Below are positions 10,150 through 20,697 of a stretch of 64,000 nucleotides of DNA, piece by piece. A program made the position numbers and the translations under genes. The notes beneath the pieces were generated by a model. That model did not search any database. It saw nothing but the letters and a program-made list of their open reading frames with translations, and had not been told where the DNA came from. The DNA is from Arcobacteraceae bacterium. Lineage in GTDB: Bacteria > Campylobacterota > Campylobacteria > Campylobacterales > Arcobacteraceae. The DNA is taken from assembly GCA_965224485.1 (NCBI GenBank), contig CBDCZH010000018.1:32001-96000 (forward strand), written 5' to 3'. Positions within the stretch are counted from its first letter, which is position 1, and the number at the start of each line of letters is the position of its first letter.

Positions 10150-11115
10150 TTAGTATACCAATCCTACAGCATTTCTTATTTCTTCCATTTTCAAAGAAGC
10201 TATTTTTCTGGCTTTTTGGGCACCTAGATGTAAGATTTCTTCTACTTCTTTTGGATTATTTAATAAGTATTCTCTTTTCTTTGCATATGGTTCAAAATAC
10301 TCACTTATTTTATCTAAAAGAGTTAATTTGAAATGACCATATCCTTCACCAGGAGTCTGGTATCTATTTTGTAAGTTTTTTAGTTCATTTTCATTCATAA
10401 ATAATTTACATAAGGTATAAATATTACATGATTCATAGTCTTTTACATCATCTAAACCTTTTGAGTCTGTAACAATACTCATGACTTGTTTTTTTATTAT
10501 TTTTTTGCTTGAAAACATATCAATAGTATTTTTATATGATTTTGACATTTTTGCCCCATCTGTTCCAGGAACTGTTGCAACATTTTCATCAACTCTTGAA
10601 ACCGGAAGTGTTAAAATATTAGAATATGTATGATTAAAAGAGTTTGCAATATCTCTTGCCATTTCTACATGTTGTATTTGATCTTTTCCAACAGGAACTA
10701 TTTGTGAATCATATAATAAAATATCAGCTGCCATTAAAACAGGATATGAAAATAATCCATGATTAGCCCCAATTCCTCTTGACGTTTTATCTTTATAAGA
10801 GTGAGCTCGTTCAAGTAAACCCATAGAAGTATGATTTGATAATATCCAGTATAGTTCAAGAACTTCTTTTACATCATGTTGTACCCAAAAAGTTGATTTT
10901 TCAGGATCTATTCCAGTAGCTAAAAAGTTAACTGCAACTTCAAAAATATTATTTTTTAAAATATCTTTATCTTTTACTGAAGTTAAAGCATGATATGAAG
11001 CGATAAAAGCAAATAAATCACCTTCTTCTTGAGCTTGCACAATTTTTTGTATTGCTCCAAAATAGTTACCTATATGGAGTGTTCCTGAGGGTTGTATTCC
11101 TGAAAGTATTCTCAA
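10150..11115 (-). CDS. trpS: Tryptophan--tRNA ligase
   Basis: SGIQPSG, HIGN, GKDQ, KMSKS. Confidence 0.97.
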   Translation of the reverse strand: MRILSGIQPSGTLHIGNYFGAIQKIVQAQEEGDLFAFIASYHALTSVKDKDILKNNIFEVAVNFLATGIDPEKSTFWVQHDVKEVLELYWILSNHTSMGLLERAHSYKDKTSRGIGANHGLFSYPVLMAADILLYDSQIVPVGKDQIQHVEMARDIANSFNHTYSNILTLPVSRVDENVATVPGTDGAKMSKSYKNTIDMFSSKKIIKKQVMSIVTDSKGLDDVKDYESCNIYTLCKLFMNENELKNLQNRYQTPGEGYGHFKLTLLDKISEYFEPYAKKREYLLNNPKEVEEILHLGAQKARKIASLKMEEIRNAVGLVY

Positions 11116-11187
11116 AACATTCTTCCTTAATTATTAATTGCGATATTATATCTAAGAGTTAATATATATGTCATTAATGAAATTTAC

Positions 11188-12468
11188 TTATAAAATATTA
11201 TTTTTAAGATTTATTATTCTATTTTGAATTAAATCTATATGCATAATCAAATTATAATATTCTCCCATAAAAGATAGAGGAACTTTCGTATCTTCTTGAA
11301 TCTCAATTTTTAAATTTTCAAGGGTTTTATACTCCAGATCTAAGTCTTCTTTTTTTAAATAAGAGACTTTTTTATCAATAGTATTTAATATTTCATACCA
11401 TCTATATATCTTAGATCTCATAGTCCAAGTATATAAAGGAAACACACCTTTAAATAAAGGAATCATTAGTGTTAATAAAGGAATTATTAATATTTTTAAT
11501 CTATCAATATTTGAAGCTATCCAATAAGGGAAGACTGTTTCTAGGAATGAATCTCCATTTTTAAAATATTTTTTTGCTTCTTCATTTATATTCATTTTTG
11601 TATTTTTTAAATTTGGAAATTCATTATCTTCGGAAAAAAGAGATTTTTTATTATGTACTTGATTTAATTTTTTTAAAAAAAGTCTTGTTAATTCTTCTGG
11701 AACATCTTTTCTTGCTACTAAGGTTGCAGTAGTTGATAAAAGTTTAATATTTTCATCTGGCAAGTTTTTATATAAATCAATTGTTCCTTCATATAAGTCT
11801 AAAGCATCTAAATAAGAGTACTTTTGACTATAAGCTTTGGCTCTTTTTACATTTAATACATTTACCTTAGGATTTTCAAGAAGTTCTTTTACAATTTTTG
11901 ACTTATGTGAGGCTACTATAAACATAGCATCAATTTCGCCTTTTATTAAAAGCTCTTTTGCTTTCATATTATCATATGAAAGAATTGTTGAATTATTAGA
12001 ATTAAGTCCATTATCATTTAAGATAATTTGGGACAGATATTTACTGCCACTTCCTTCTTTTCCCGTAGAAATCTTTTTTGAAATTAATTGAATCAAATAA
12101 TCCATTTTATACTTATCATTTTTATAAAATACCCATAAAGGTTCATAATATACATTTGCTAAGAAATCTAAGTTTGAAGTATTATCTAAAATACCATTTT
12201 GAACAAAAGCAAAATCAGCTTTTTTATCTTTTAGCAAAGCAATATTTTCAATTGAACCAGCACTTTTAAGAAGGGTAACTTTTATCTTGTCTTTTTCTAA
12301 TAAAGCCTTATAAATAAGAGCTGTTTTATAATAAGCACCATTTATTCCTCCTGTTGCTATAATAATCTCTTTTTTAGGAGCAGGTTGTATAAACTGAGCT
12401 GTTATGTAAAACATTGCTATTCCTAGCAAAATTATTGGAAAACTTACTTTAAAGAAATTATTGTTCAT
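11188..12468 (-). CDS. TAXI-family TRAP solute receptor with C-terminal membrane extension
   Basis: IATGGINGAY, SAGSIENI, YYEPLW, GSGS. Confidence 0.85.
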   Translation of the reverse strand: MNNNFFKVSFPIILLGIAMFYITAQFIQPAPKKEIIIATGGINGAYYKTALIYKALLEKDKIKVTLLKSAGSIENIALLKDKKADFAFVQNGILDNTSNLDFLANVYYEPLWVFYKNDKYKMDYLIQLISKKISTGKEGSGSKYLSQIILNDNGLNSNNSTILSYDNMKAKELLIKGEIDAMFIVASHKSKIVKELLENPKVNVLNVKRAKAYSQKYSYLDALDLYEGTIDLYKNLPDENIKLLSTTATLVARKDVPEELTRLFLKKLNQVHNKKSLFSEDNEFPNLKNTKMNINEEAKKYFKNGDSFLETVFPYWIASNIDRLKILIIPLLTLMIPLFKGVFPLYTWTMRSKIYRWYEILNTIDKKVSYLKKEDLDLEYKTLENLKIEIQEDTKVPLSFMGEYYNLIMHIDLIQNRIINLKNNIL

Positions 12469-12582
12469 ATGGACTCTTTATTTTTTAATAATTTAAAATA
12501 ACATATTTTGTATAAAGACTAAGAACATTAATTTTTCTTATGATAATAGTTATTAAAATTGATATTTAATGTATAATACAAG

Positions 12583-13269
12583 ATGTTAAAAAAAGAATTT
12601 GAAAATATCAAAATATTGTATGTGGAAGATGAAGATTATATTAGAAAAAATGCTGTTTCATATTTAAAAAGATTGTTTAAAGAAGTTTATGAGGCTAAAG
12701 ATGGATATGAAGCTTTAGCGCTAATAGAGTCAGAAAAACCACATATTATAATAACAGATATAAAGATGCCAAGAATGTCTGGTATTGAATTAGTTAAAAA
12801 AATAAGAGAAACAAATAAAGATGTTCAAATTATCATGATAACAGCTTTTACAGATACTTCTTATTTAATATCAGCTGTTGAATTAGGTTTAGTTAAATAT
12901 TTAGTAAAACCAATTATGCATGATAAACTTTTTCCTATTTTACAAATATGTGCAAAAAGTATTAAGGAAGATGTTTCTGCTTTAGTTTATATCTCTTCTA
13001 CTTGTATTTATGATAATTTTAATAAAACTTTAGAGCAAAATAAACAAATAATCAAATTAAGTAAAAATGAATTAAAATTACTTGATTTATTATGTTTAAA
13101 TAAAAATAGAGTTACTTCTTACGAAGAAATTCAAAATAAAATATGGTATTACGCTTTCATGAGTGAAGATGCTCTGCGTTCACTTATACGAAATTTAAGA
13201 AAAAAACTACCAAAATACTCATTAGAAAATATTTCAAAATTAGGTTATAAGTTAGTACTAAAGTGTTGA
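12583..13269 (+). CDS. OmpR-family response regulator
   Basis: VEDE, TDIKMP receiver domain, winged-helix LRKKL...GY. Confidence 0.93.
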   Translation: MLKKEFENIKILYVEDEDYIRKNAVSYLKRLFKEVYEAKDGYEALALIESEKPHIIITDIKMPRMSGIELVKKIRETNKDVQIIMITAFTDTSYLISAVELGLVKYLVKPIMHDKLFPILQICAKSIKEDVSALVYISSTCIYDNFNKTLEQNKQIIKLSKNELKLLDLLCLNKNRVTSYEEIQNKIWYYAFMSEDALRSLIRNLRKKLPKYSLENISKLGYKLVLKC

Positions 13270-14980
13270 CGGTATATTTTCCTTATAATCATACTAAGTC
13301 TTTCCTTGCAAGCTAGTTTATTAATCAAATCTTCTAATTAATGAAATCTCTATTTCTTCTTTTGGTGTATACAAGAATATAAAAGATTATGACTTAGATA
13401 AAGTTCGTTTTAAAAAGTTTTTTATAAAACTTGAGGTAAATAGAGAATTTCTTTCTTCTGATACGTATTATATACAAGTTAGATGTGATATAAATACTCT
13501 TAGGTCTTCAAATGTTTTTTATAAAAAGTCTTTAAATTATGTACTTATAAAAGTAGATAAGAACTCACCTTCAAATATAATATTAGAATTTGAATATAAG
13601 AAGGAAAAAGCTCTAGGAATTAGATTATCTGTTCATAATACTTTTATATATAAATATCTTCTTCCAAACGAAGGTAATACTTTTTGGATGGTCTTATGGA
13701 ATTATATTTTGTGCTTTTTTATACAATTTAATTTTATATATTTATGCAAGACAAAAGGTATTTTTATATTATTCTTTAAATGCAAATTTCTCTTTTATGT
13801 ATTCTAGTGATGATAGTTTCTGTATTAGATAAAAATAGTGTAAGTGATATGTTTAAAGCATCTTTAGAGTTCTTAGAAAGTTTATGTATGTTATTTATTA
13901 TATTATTTTCAAAAGAAATTCTAAATATTAAGAAGTTAATGGAAAAATATAAATAAATTATACTCCCTTTTTAATATATATAAATATTGTTGATTTGATT
14001 TTTATTCTTATTTTTCACGAATCTTTATTATATGAATATGTAACAAAATCTCTCTTTGCTGGTATTTTTGTCCTTAGTGGAATAATTTCTTTACTAAAAG
14101 GACGTAGAGTTGCTTTATATTACATACTTGCCTTGGGTAGTTCTTTTTTTCTCACTATTTATAGCAGAACAAGATTTAGTGCAACTTTCAGAAATCTACA
14201 TTATACATATAGGTTTTCCTTTGGAGTCATTAATTTTATCTTTTGCTCTTGGTTATAAACTAAAGTTAAATTTAAAAGAAAAAGAGCAAAATGACCAAAT
14301 TTTAATACATCAAAGTAAATTAGCTTCCATGGGTGAGATGATTAATAATATAGCTCATCAATGGAGACAGCCTTTAACTCATTTATCTTATATTAATATG
14401 AACCTAGCTTTAGCTTATGAGGATAATGATTTTGATAAAAAGTATTTAAACAAGAAATTAAAAGAATCAAATTCTCAAATAGATTTTATGTCACAAACAA
14501 TAGATTAACTTTAGAGACTTTTATAAACCAAGGAAAGTAAAAGAGTTATTTTATATCTCAAGTGCAAGTGTAAAAGCCTTAGATATTATTAAACCTTCTT
14601 TATATAATGCAAATATTAAAATTGATCTAAATATCATAAGCGATAAAGAAATTAGAGCTTATGAAAATGAATATTCTCAAGTTGTTCTAAATCTTTTAAC
14701 AAATGCAAAAGATGCTTTAGTTCAAAGAAATATTAAAAATCCTAAAATAAGTATTATTATAAAAGAAGAAAATAAAAAGTCTATTCTTTATATTAAAGAT
14801 AATGCAAAAGGAATAAAAAAAGAAAATATTAAAAAAATCTTTGAACCATATTTTACAACTAAAAAGAAAAGTTCAGGTATTGGTTTATATATGTCTAAAA
14901 CTATTATAGAATCGCATTTTAATGGGGATATAAGTGTTAAAAATGATTCAGAAGGTGCTTGTTTTAGGCTTGAGGTTTAA
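13263..14980 (+). pseudogene. Membrane sensor histidine kinase (7TM-DISM-like), interrupted by several frameshifts
   Basis: H-box IAHQWRQPL; a different frame gives NLLTNAKDAL, KDNAKGI, FEPYFTTK, GIGLYMSK and a stop at 14978-14980; breaks may be sequencing errors. Confidence 0.8.
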
Positions 14981-15583
14981 TAAGCTTAAAATAGTAGTAT
15001 ATATGTCATTTTGTGAATAGTTAAATCTAAATTGTGATTCTTTTAATTGTATTTCAAAAGTTATCTTATTTAAACCTCTGAATTTTTTTAATCTTTTATT
15101 AATAAAATCTTCTAAATCATTTGTTGATTTTAAAAACTTTGTTAACAAAAAACTTTTTTTAGTTTTATTAAAAAGAACCTTTGCACTTTTGTTTTTTTGA
15201 TTTTTTATAAATGTTTCTTCTAGTTCATTTTTAATAAAACTATTTATATTTGGAAAAATTTCATTATGTAAATCAAGAAAACAAACTTTTTTATTACACT
15301 CAACAAAATATTTTAAATCAAAGTTAGTTTTTATATATTTTATATTGAAGCTTTCATTACAATAGTTATTGTTTTTAAAAAAAACGATTAATTCTTCTTG
15401 TTTTTGAAGAAGTAAAATTCTAATAATTTTATAATAGTTATTAATAGTTTGTCTGCTTAAGTTAAGTTCTTTTGCTGTTTGGCTTGCAGTATAATCTTTA
15501 GAAAAATAATAAGAGATTTTTTCTAATATTCCATTTTGTATTTTTGTATTTTTTAAATAATTAAATATTTCATCTTGTTGCAT
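14948..15583 (-). CDS. IS1595-transposase-like HTH protein lacking a recognisable DDE core
   Basis: TASQTAKELNLSRQTINNYY HTH; C-terminal KRLKKFRG...LKESQFRFN; ATG at 15583. Confidence 0.6.
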   Translation of the reverse strand: MQQDEIFNYLKNTKIQNGILEKISYYFSKDYTASQTAKELNLSRQTINNYYKIIRILLLQKQEELIVFFKNNNYCNESFNIKYIKTNFDLKYFVECNKKVCFLDLHNEIFPNINSFIKNELEETFIKNQKNKSAKVLFNKTKKSFLLTKFLKSTNDLEDFINKRLKKFRGLNKITFEIQLKESQFRFNYSQNDIYTTILSLLNLKPKTSTF

Positions 15584-15644
15584 AAAGCAGTATAGTAAAA
15601 AAAAATGTACGAAAACGGGCAAAAAAAGAAAATTGTAAAATTTA

Positions 15645-15659
15645 TAATAATCATTATTA
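15645..15659. promoter_or_regulatory. Fur-like box
   Basis: Perfect 7-1-7 palindrome TAATAAT-C-ATTATTA. Confidence 0.55.
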
Positions 15660-15668
15660 GTTTAGGTA

Positions 15669-16850
15669 TTAAATCTTAATACCCAAACTTTTTGCTATTT
15701 GTTTAGCTCTGCTTTTTTCGTATTTATTTAAAGATGCTAGATGTAAATATTTTTTACTATCTTTTTTATTTTCTAACTCATGAGAACATAAAGCCATTAA
15801 TGTAAACTTCTTCCCTTCTTCTTTACTATGCTTTGAAAACTTATTACTTTTTAATACTTTGATTGTTTCTTTGTAATCTAGTTTGTTATAATATAAATTT
15901 GCTAAAAGAAGTGAAAATTTTGGTTTTTTTAGAAACTTTGAACTTTTTAATACGTTAATAGCATCATCAATTTGTCTTGCATTTAAATAAGAAGAAACTA
16001 AAGTTTCAAGTATTTTTCTATCTTTTTTAATTAGTTTCTTTTTTAAAGCATCACTAATAACAATAGCAGCCTTATTATATAAGTTATTTTGTAATAATAC
16101 ATTTGCAAAATATAAGGTATGTTTGGATCTTTTTAAGCCATTTTTCTTATAGGCTAATTCAAATGTTGCTAAAGATTTTTTATAATCTTTATTTTCTTGG
16201 TATAAAGAAATAAGTTGCAACCAATAATTCTCATTTTTATGCCAAGTTTTAAGCATAATTTTTAAAGTGCTAATAGCTTTTTTGTAATTCCGTAACTGAA
16301 TATAAGAAGAATATAAAATTTGATATAAAGATTCTGCTGGTTTTTTTATATCTTTAAATAAAGTATTTATATAAAAAATACTATTTTTAAAATCATCTTT
16401 ATAATAAGATGAGTAAATTAAGTTTTCATAAACACTTTGTTTATTAACTGCCTTACTAAGCAATAACTCTTTTGATAAGATAATACATTCTTTATATTTT
16501 TCTAAAGATAAATAAATTCTAGATAAGGAGTATTTTATTTTATCTATATTATCTTCTTCAAAAGCTTTCAACTTTATTATCTTTTCGTAATAAGAACTAG
16601 CTTTTTTATAATTATTTTTCTCAATAAATATATTTGCTGCATATTGTAAAGCATAAGATTTTTCATAATCATTTTTATTAGAATTAATAACAGTTTTTAA
16701 AAGTTTAAGAGAAGAGTTATACTCTTTTTTTAATAAAAACTCTTGAGACTTATTTAATGTCTCAAAAACAGATTTTGACATAGTGCCTTTTGTTTTTTTT
16801 GCTTGAAGTAGGGATAAGGTAATACATAAGATAATTAATATTTTTTTCAT
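15669..16850 (-). CDS. Periplasmic TPR protein of the TonB operon (TtpD-like)
   Basis: Signal peptide, TPR-like helices, last gene of the ttpC-exbB-exbD-tonB operon. Confidence 0.8.
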   Translation of the reverse strand: MKKILIILCITLSLLQAKKTKGTMSKSVFETLNKSQEFLLKKEYNSSLKLLKTVINSNKNDYEKSYALQYAANIFIEKNNYKKASSYYEKIIKLKAFEEDNIDKIKYSLSRIYLSLEKYKECIILSKELLLSKAVNKQSVYENLIYSSYYKDDFKNSIFYINTLFKDIKKPAESLYQILYSSYIQLRNYKKAISTLKIMLKTWHKNENYWLQLISLYQENKDYKKSLATFELAYKKNGLKRSKHTLYFANVLLQNNLYNKAAIVISDALKKKLIKKDRKILETLVSSYLNARQIDDAINVLKSSKFLKKPKFSLLLANLYYNKLDYKETIKVLKSNKFSKHSKEEGKKFTLMALCSHELENKKDSKKYLHLASLNKYEKSRAKQIAKSLGIKI

Positions 16851-17450
16851 TTGGCTAACCTAAAATTGAATGTAATTGTTGCATCTTTAGCTTCTTTAAT
16901 TGCTTTAAAATGCCATTTTTTTAATAGCTTGAAGAGAAGATTTCTCAAAAATTCCCTTAGGCTTTGAGTCTAGGACTCTAGCATTACTCACTGTTCCATC
17001 TTTATTAATTGTAAATACAAGTTGAACAAAACCAGATAACTTTCTTATTTTAGCTTTTCTTGGGTATCTTGGATTTCTTTTAACACTAGCTATTAACATT
17101 CTAGCATCAAGTAATTCCCTACCTATAGCTATTTTTGCCCCACTTAAAGAAGAAATAGAAGAGATATTAATCTTTCTTTGTTGAATATTTAAGGGCTGTA
17201 TTTTGATCTTTTTATCAATTCTTGTATTTAGTCTTGTTTGTTTAAGTTCGATTTGTTTAGGAGGTTCTTTTGGTTTGATTCTAGATTTTTTCTTAATAAT
17301 ACTCTCTTTTTTATCTCTTAAATAAACCATATGAGGCGTACTTTTTACTTTAGCTTCAAGATTATTGTTTAAAGAAATCATTTGTTCCATGCCAAAAAAT
17401 ATGAACATAGTAACTATAATAGAAGCAAAAAATGCAAAAAATAATCTCAT
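16847..17450 (-). CDS. tonB: Energy transducer TonB (one-base frameshift near the 3' end)
   Basis: N-terminal TM, PRYPRKA, GFVQLVFTINKDGTV; removing one A from the run near 16915-16922 gives KKWHFK...FNFRLAK* ending at 16847. Confidence 0.88.
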
Positions 17451-17451
17451 T

Positions 17452-17856
17452 TTAATTCTTTATTGTTGATATAGAAATATTAGTAATACCAGCTAGTCTT
17501 ACTTGATCCATAACTTTAACTAAGGTTCCTGTTTTTGCGTCTTTATCTGATTGAATTACAATAGAATTTTGAGAATTACTTGCTTTTAATCTTTCAATAT
17601 TAGCTCTTATTGCTCTTACATCTACCATTCTTTTATCAATCCATATTTCATTGTCATTTCTAATTGCAATGATAATATTGGCCTTAGGTTTTTGCTTACT
17701 TGTTGAGGCACTTGGTCTATTTACTTCAATACCACTTTCTTTAACAAAAGAAGTTGTAACTATAAAAAATATAAGCATAATAAACACTACATCTAACATC
17801 GGAGTTAGATTTATTTCTGTTTCTTCTTTGTACTGTTTGTGTGAAAATCTTTTCAT
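17452..17856 (-). CDS. exbD: Biopolymer transporter ExbD
   Basis: INLTPMLDVVFIMLIFFIVT. Confidence 0.95.
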   Translation of the reverse strand: MKRFSHKQYKEETEINLTPMLDVVFIMLIFFIVTTSFVKESGIEVNRPSASTSKQKPKANIIIAIRNDNEIWIDKRMVDVRAIRANIERLKASNSQNSIVIQSDKDAKTGTLVKVMDQVRLAGITNISISTIKN

Positions 17857-18374
17857 GCTAAAACCTTTGAAATCTCTAAATGTAATTTTTGAGTTTGATA
17901 TCTAATTGATAACTCTAATTTTTTTTCAAATAAAATACCACTTAGGGCAACTACCATTCCAGCCATTGTTGGAATAGTAGCCATTGAAACACCATTAGCC
18001 ATTGATTTTACATTACTTGTTCCTGCAATTGCCATAACATCAAAAACTTCAATCATTCCTGTTACTGTTCCTAAAAGACCAACTAAGGGGCAAACTATAA
18101 TAAGAGTTTTAATAAAAGAAAGTCCAACTTTTAATCTTGAACTTGCGTCTTCCACAAAATAAGCTATGATTTCATTTATGAATCTTTTATTATAATTATG
18201 TTCTTTTATATCACTTAATAAATCTTTTTTGTATTTTTTATAGCCATAATAGACATAAATATATCTATCAATAAGTAAAGTCCATAAAAAAATAGCAATA
18301 GCGAAAACCAGATATAAAACTATTCCACCTTTATTAAAGAATTCACCTAAGTTATCTATATATAAGTCAATCAT
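17853..18374 (-). CDS. exbB: MotA/TolQ/ExbB proton channel
   Basis: PLVGLLGTVTGMI, ATIPTMAGM. Confidence 0.92.
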   Translation of the reverse strand: MIDLYIDNLGEFFNKGGIVLYLVFAIAIFLWTLLIDRYIYVYYGYKKYKKDLLSDIKEHNYNKRFINEIIAYFVEDASSRLKVGLSFIKTLIIVCPLVGLLGTVTGMIEVFDVMAIAGTSNVKSMANGVSMATIPTMAGMVVALSGILFEKKLELSIRYQTQKLHLEISKVLA

Positions 18375-19690
18375 TTTGACTCAAGATTTCTTGCTAACAT
18401 TCCAATACTTTGTTCTTCTAAAATAGAAACAATTGCTTCTGCTTTTGATGAAATATATGTATATGAAAAAAGCAAAGGAATAGCTGTTACTAAACCTAAA
18501 ACAGTAGTAATTAAAGCAGTTGAAATACCACCTGCCATAAGTTTTGGATCACCTGTTCCAAATAGTGTAATAGCTTGGAACGTTGCAATCATACCTGTTA
18601 CAGTACCTAATAAACCCAATAATGGAGTTACTGCTGATAAAAGTTTTACAAAACTCTGACCTTTTTTAATTTGATTTATTTCTCTTAGAATTACTTCACT
18701 TACTTTTGTTTCTAAATCAAGAGTACTTCTATGTTGGTTTTTATAAAAAACATCTGCAATTTTTCCTAAAGAGTTATCATCAGTAGGACTTTTAATATTT
18801 AACATTTGTTTGTTTATTTTAACTTGAGCTAGATTTAAAATAAGCATTTTATAAAAAGCAACTAATAATCCAAGTGCTCCTAAGAATATAATAATATACC
18901 CAACAATTCCACCTTGATTTATTCTATCAAGTAAAGAAGGTCTATTATTTAACATTTCAAATAAAGTTCCTCTTGTTGGATCTATTAATATATTTTTTAT
19001 TTCATTAGTACTGTCTTGAAACTCTTGTGCTAAATCTTGTCTTGCTCCACTTGGTTGTGTTGATAATTCAATTAGTGAATTCATATCTTTGGAATATTCT
19101 AAATAATTACCATTGGAAACAGCAGAGAAAAGCCCAATTCTTGTAACTTCTTGATTTACTTTTTCACCAGAGTGTAAAATAATACTAGCAGTATAAGAAG
19201 TAATATTCCCACTTTGTGCAATTTCTTCTAACATAGCATGCCAAAAACTTTTTAGTTTTTCTAAGTTCGGTAGTTTTTGTGAATTTGCAAACTCTTTAAA
19301 TAAAGTAAGTTTTGAAGGAAATTCAGAAGCTGTTAATGAGTGTTGAAAATTAATAGAAAAATCAGATGATGTTTGTCTAACACTTCCAAACATTTCCCCT
19401 AAGTCACCCATTTTAAGAGCTAACTCGGCTTCTTTAATAGCTAATAGTTTTTCATTGTTTTCAATAATAGTTTTTAATGTTAGACTTCTTTTATTTTGTA
19501 CTGCTAACTTATTCTTTTCTTTTGCAAGAAGTATCTTTTGTTCTTGTTTATTTTCAATAAAAGTACTAATTCTTTTCTTTTCTAATACTAATTCTTCTTT
19601 TGCATCATGTTTAATATCTTCTAATAAATGTTCAAGATTCAAAGCAAAAATAGTATTAAAGCTAAGAATTAAAAGTAATATATATCTCAT
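18371..19690 (-). CDS. TtpC-like long ExbB-family protein
   Basis: Periplasmic coiled coil, DPTRG, PLLGLLGTVTGMI, GDPKLMAGGIS. Confidence 0.88.
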   Translation of the reverse strand: MRYILLLILSFNTIFALNLEHLLEDIKHDAKEELVLEKKRISTFIENKQEQKILLAKEKNKLAVQNKRSLTLKTIIENNEKLLAIKEAELALKMGDLGEMFGSVRQTSSDFSINFQHSLTASEFPSKLTLFKEFANSQKLPNLEKLKSFWHAMLEEIAQSGNITSYTASIILHSGEKVNQEVTRIGLFSAVSNGNYLEYSKDMNSLIELSTQPSGARQDLAQEFQDSTNEIKNILIDPTRGTLFEMLNNRPSLLDRINQGGIVGYIIIFLGALGLLVAFYKMLILNLAQVKINKQMLNIKSPTDDNSLGKIADVFYKNQHRSTLDLETKVSEVILREINQIKKGQSFVKLLSAVTPLLGLLGTVTGMIATFQAITLFGTGDPKLMAGGISTALITTVLGLVTAIPLLFSYTYISSKAEAIVSILEEQSIGMLARNLESK

Positions 19691-20438
19691 TATTTTATGT
19701 CCTTTGTACTTAAAAATGGAAGTTCTAAAAAGTTAACATTTTGTTGTTTTTTAGCTATTTTAATACCTTTTCTTATATTAGCCTGAGCCGTACTATTTTC
19801 GATACTTTCCCATTTAGATTCTTTTTTATTCCAATATCCATATTGTGAATAATCTAAACTTTGAAAATATAAACCAACTCTTCCAATTCGTAAAAAGTTA
19901 AAGGTTTTATTATCTAAACTATCTTGATATGTTTCAATATTTTTTGCATAATCATATTCTATTTTAAAAGCTTCTAAAATAATTCTATATTTCTCATGAG
20001 TTTTAATATCAGCTCTATTAATCATTTTTTCCAATTTTAAAATACGAGCTTTTCTCTCACTTAGTAAAAAAGGAGCATCTAGTTGAACTATTTATCTAGA
20101 CTTTTAATCATATTATTCATTAATGGAAAAATATTTTTTTGTGTTTCTTCTATTTCAATTAGTTGTTGGTTAATTTCTTTTATCTCTTTATTTTGAGAAG
20201 TGATAACTTCTTGTAGTTGTTTATTATAAGCTTTTGTATTTTTAATCTCTTGGTTTACATACTTATATTTTGATACCAGTACATTTGTTTGGTCATCAAT
20301 TTTGTCGATTTTTTTTTGGTAAGTGTCTAGGGTCGTATTAGTTTTTTCTATAAGATTGATAGATTTATCAATATTGTTATTAGCAAAACAAGTTGCATAA
20401 AAACAAATTAGAATAGTTAGTATTCTTGGTAAAAACAT
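19690..20438 (-). CDS. DUF3450/TtpB-like protein, split by a frameshift
   Basis: ORFs 20088-20438 (signal peptide, coiled coil) and 19690-20034 (EKYRIILEA, FLRIGRVGLY) join through PFLLSERKARI. Confidence 0.82.
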
Positions 20439-20463
20439 TATTTATTTCCTTTAAAATATTTTA

Positions 20464-20593
20464 TGATAATAATAATCAAAATATACTAAGATAAAACTTA
20501 TACGAAAAGCAAACATGACAAGCAGAATGTAAATACTAGTAATTATTTTTTGATTTCAAGTTCTAATATTAATAATTATGATAATTATTCTCT
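20464..20593 (-). promoter_or_regulatory. Two Fur-like boxes upstream of the ttp/tonB operon
   Basis: TGATAAT-A-ATAATCA at 20464; TGATAAT-T-ATTCTCT at 20579. Confidence 0.65.
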
Positions 20594-20601
20594 ACTAATA
20601 A

Positions 20602-20627
20602 GACGTGAAAATATTAAAAAACGGACA
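20602..20627 (-). promoter_or_regulatory. Putative ECF-sigma promoter TGTCCG-N16-CGT
   Basis: Same motif and spacing recur at 24177-24202. Confidence 0.55.
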
Positions 20628-20697
20628 AAAATATAAATATTCTTTGAAATTTGTAAATATTTCACTACTTAAGTTATCTTAGTAGTGAATATTTAAT

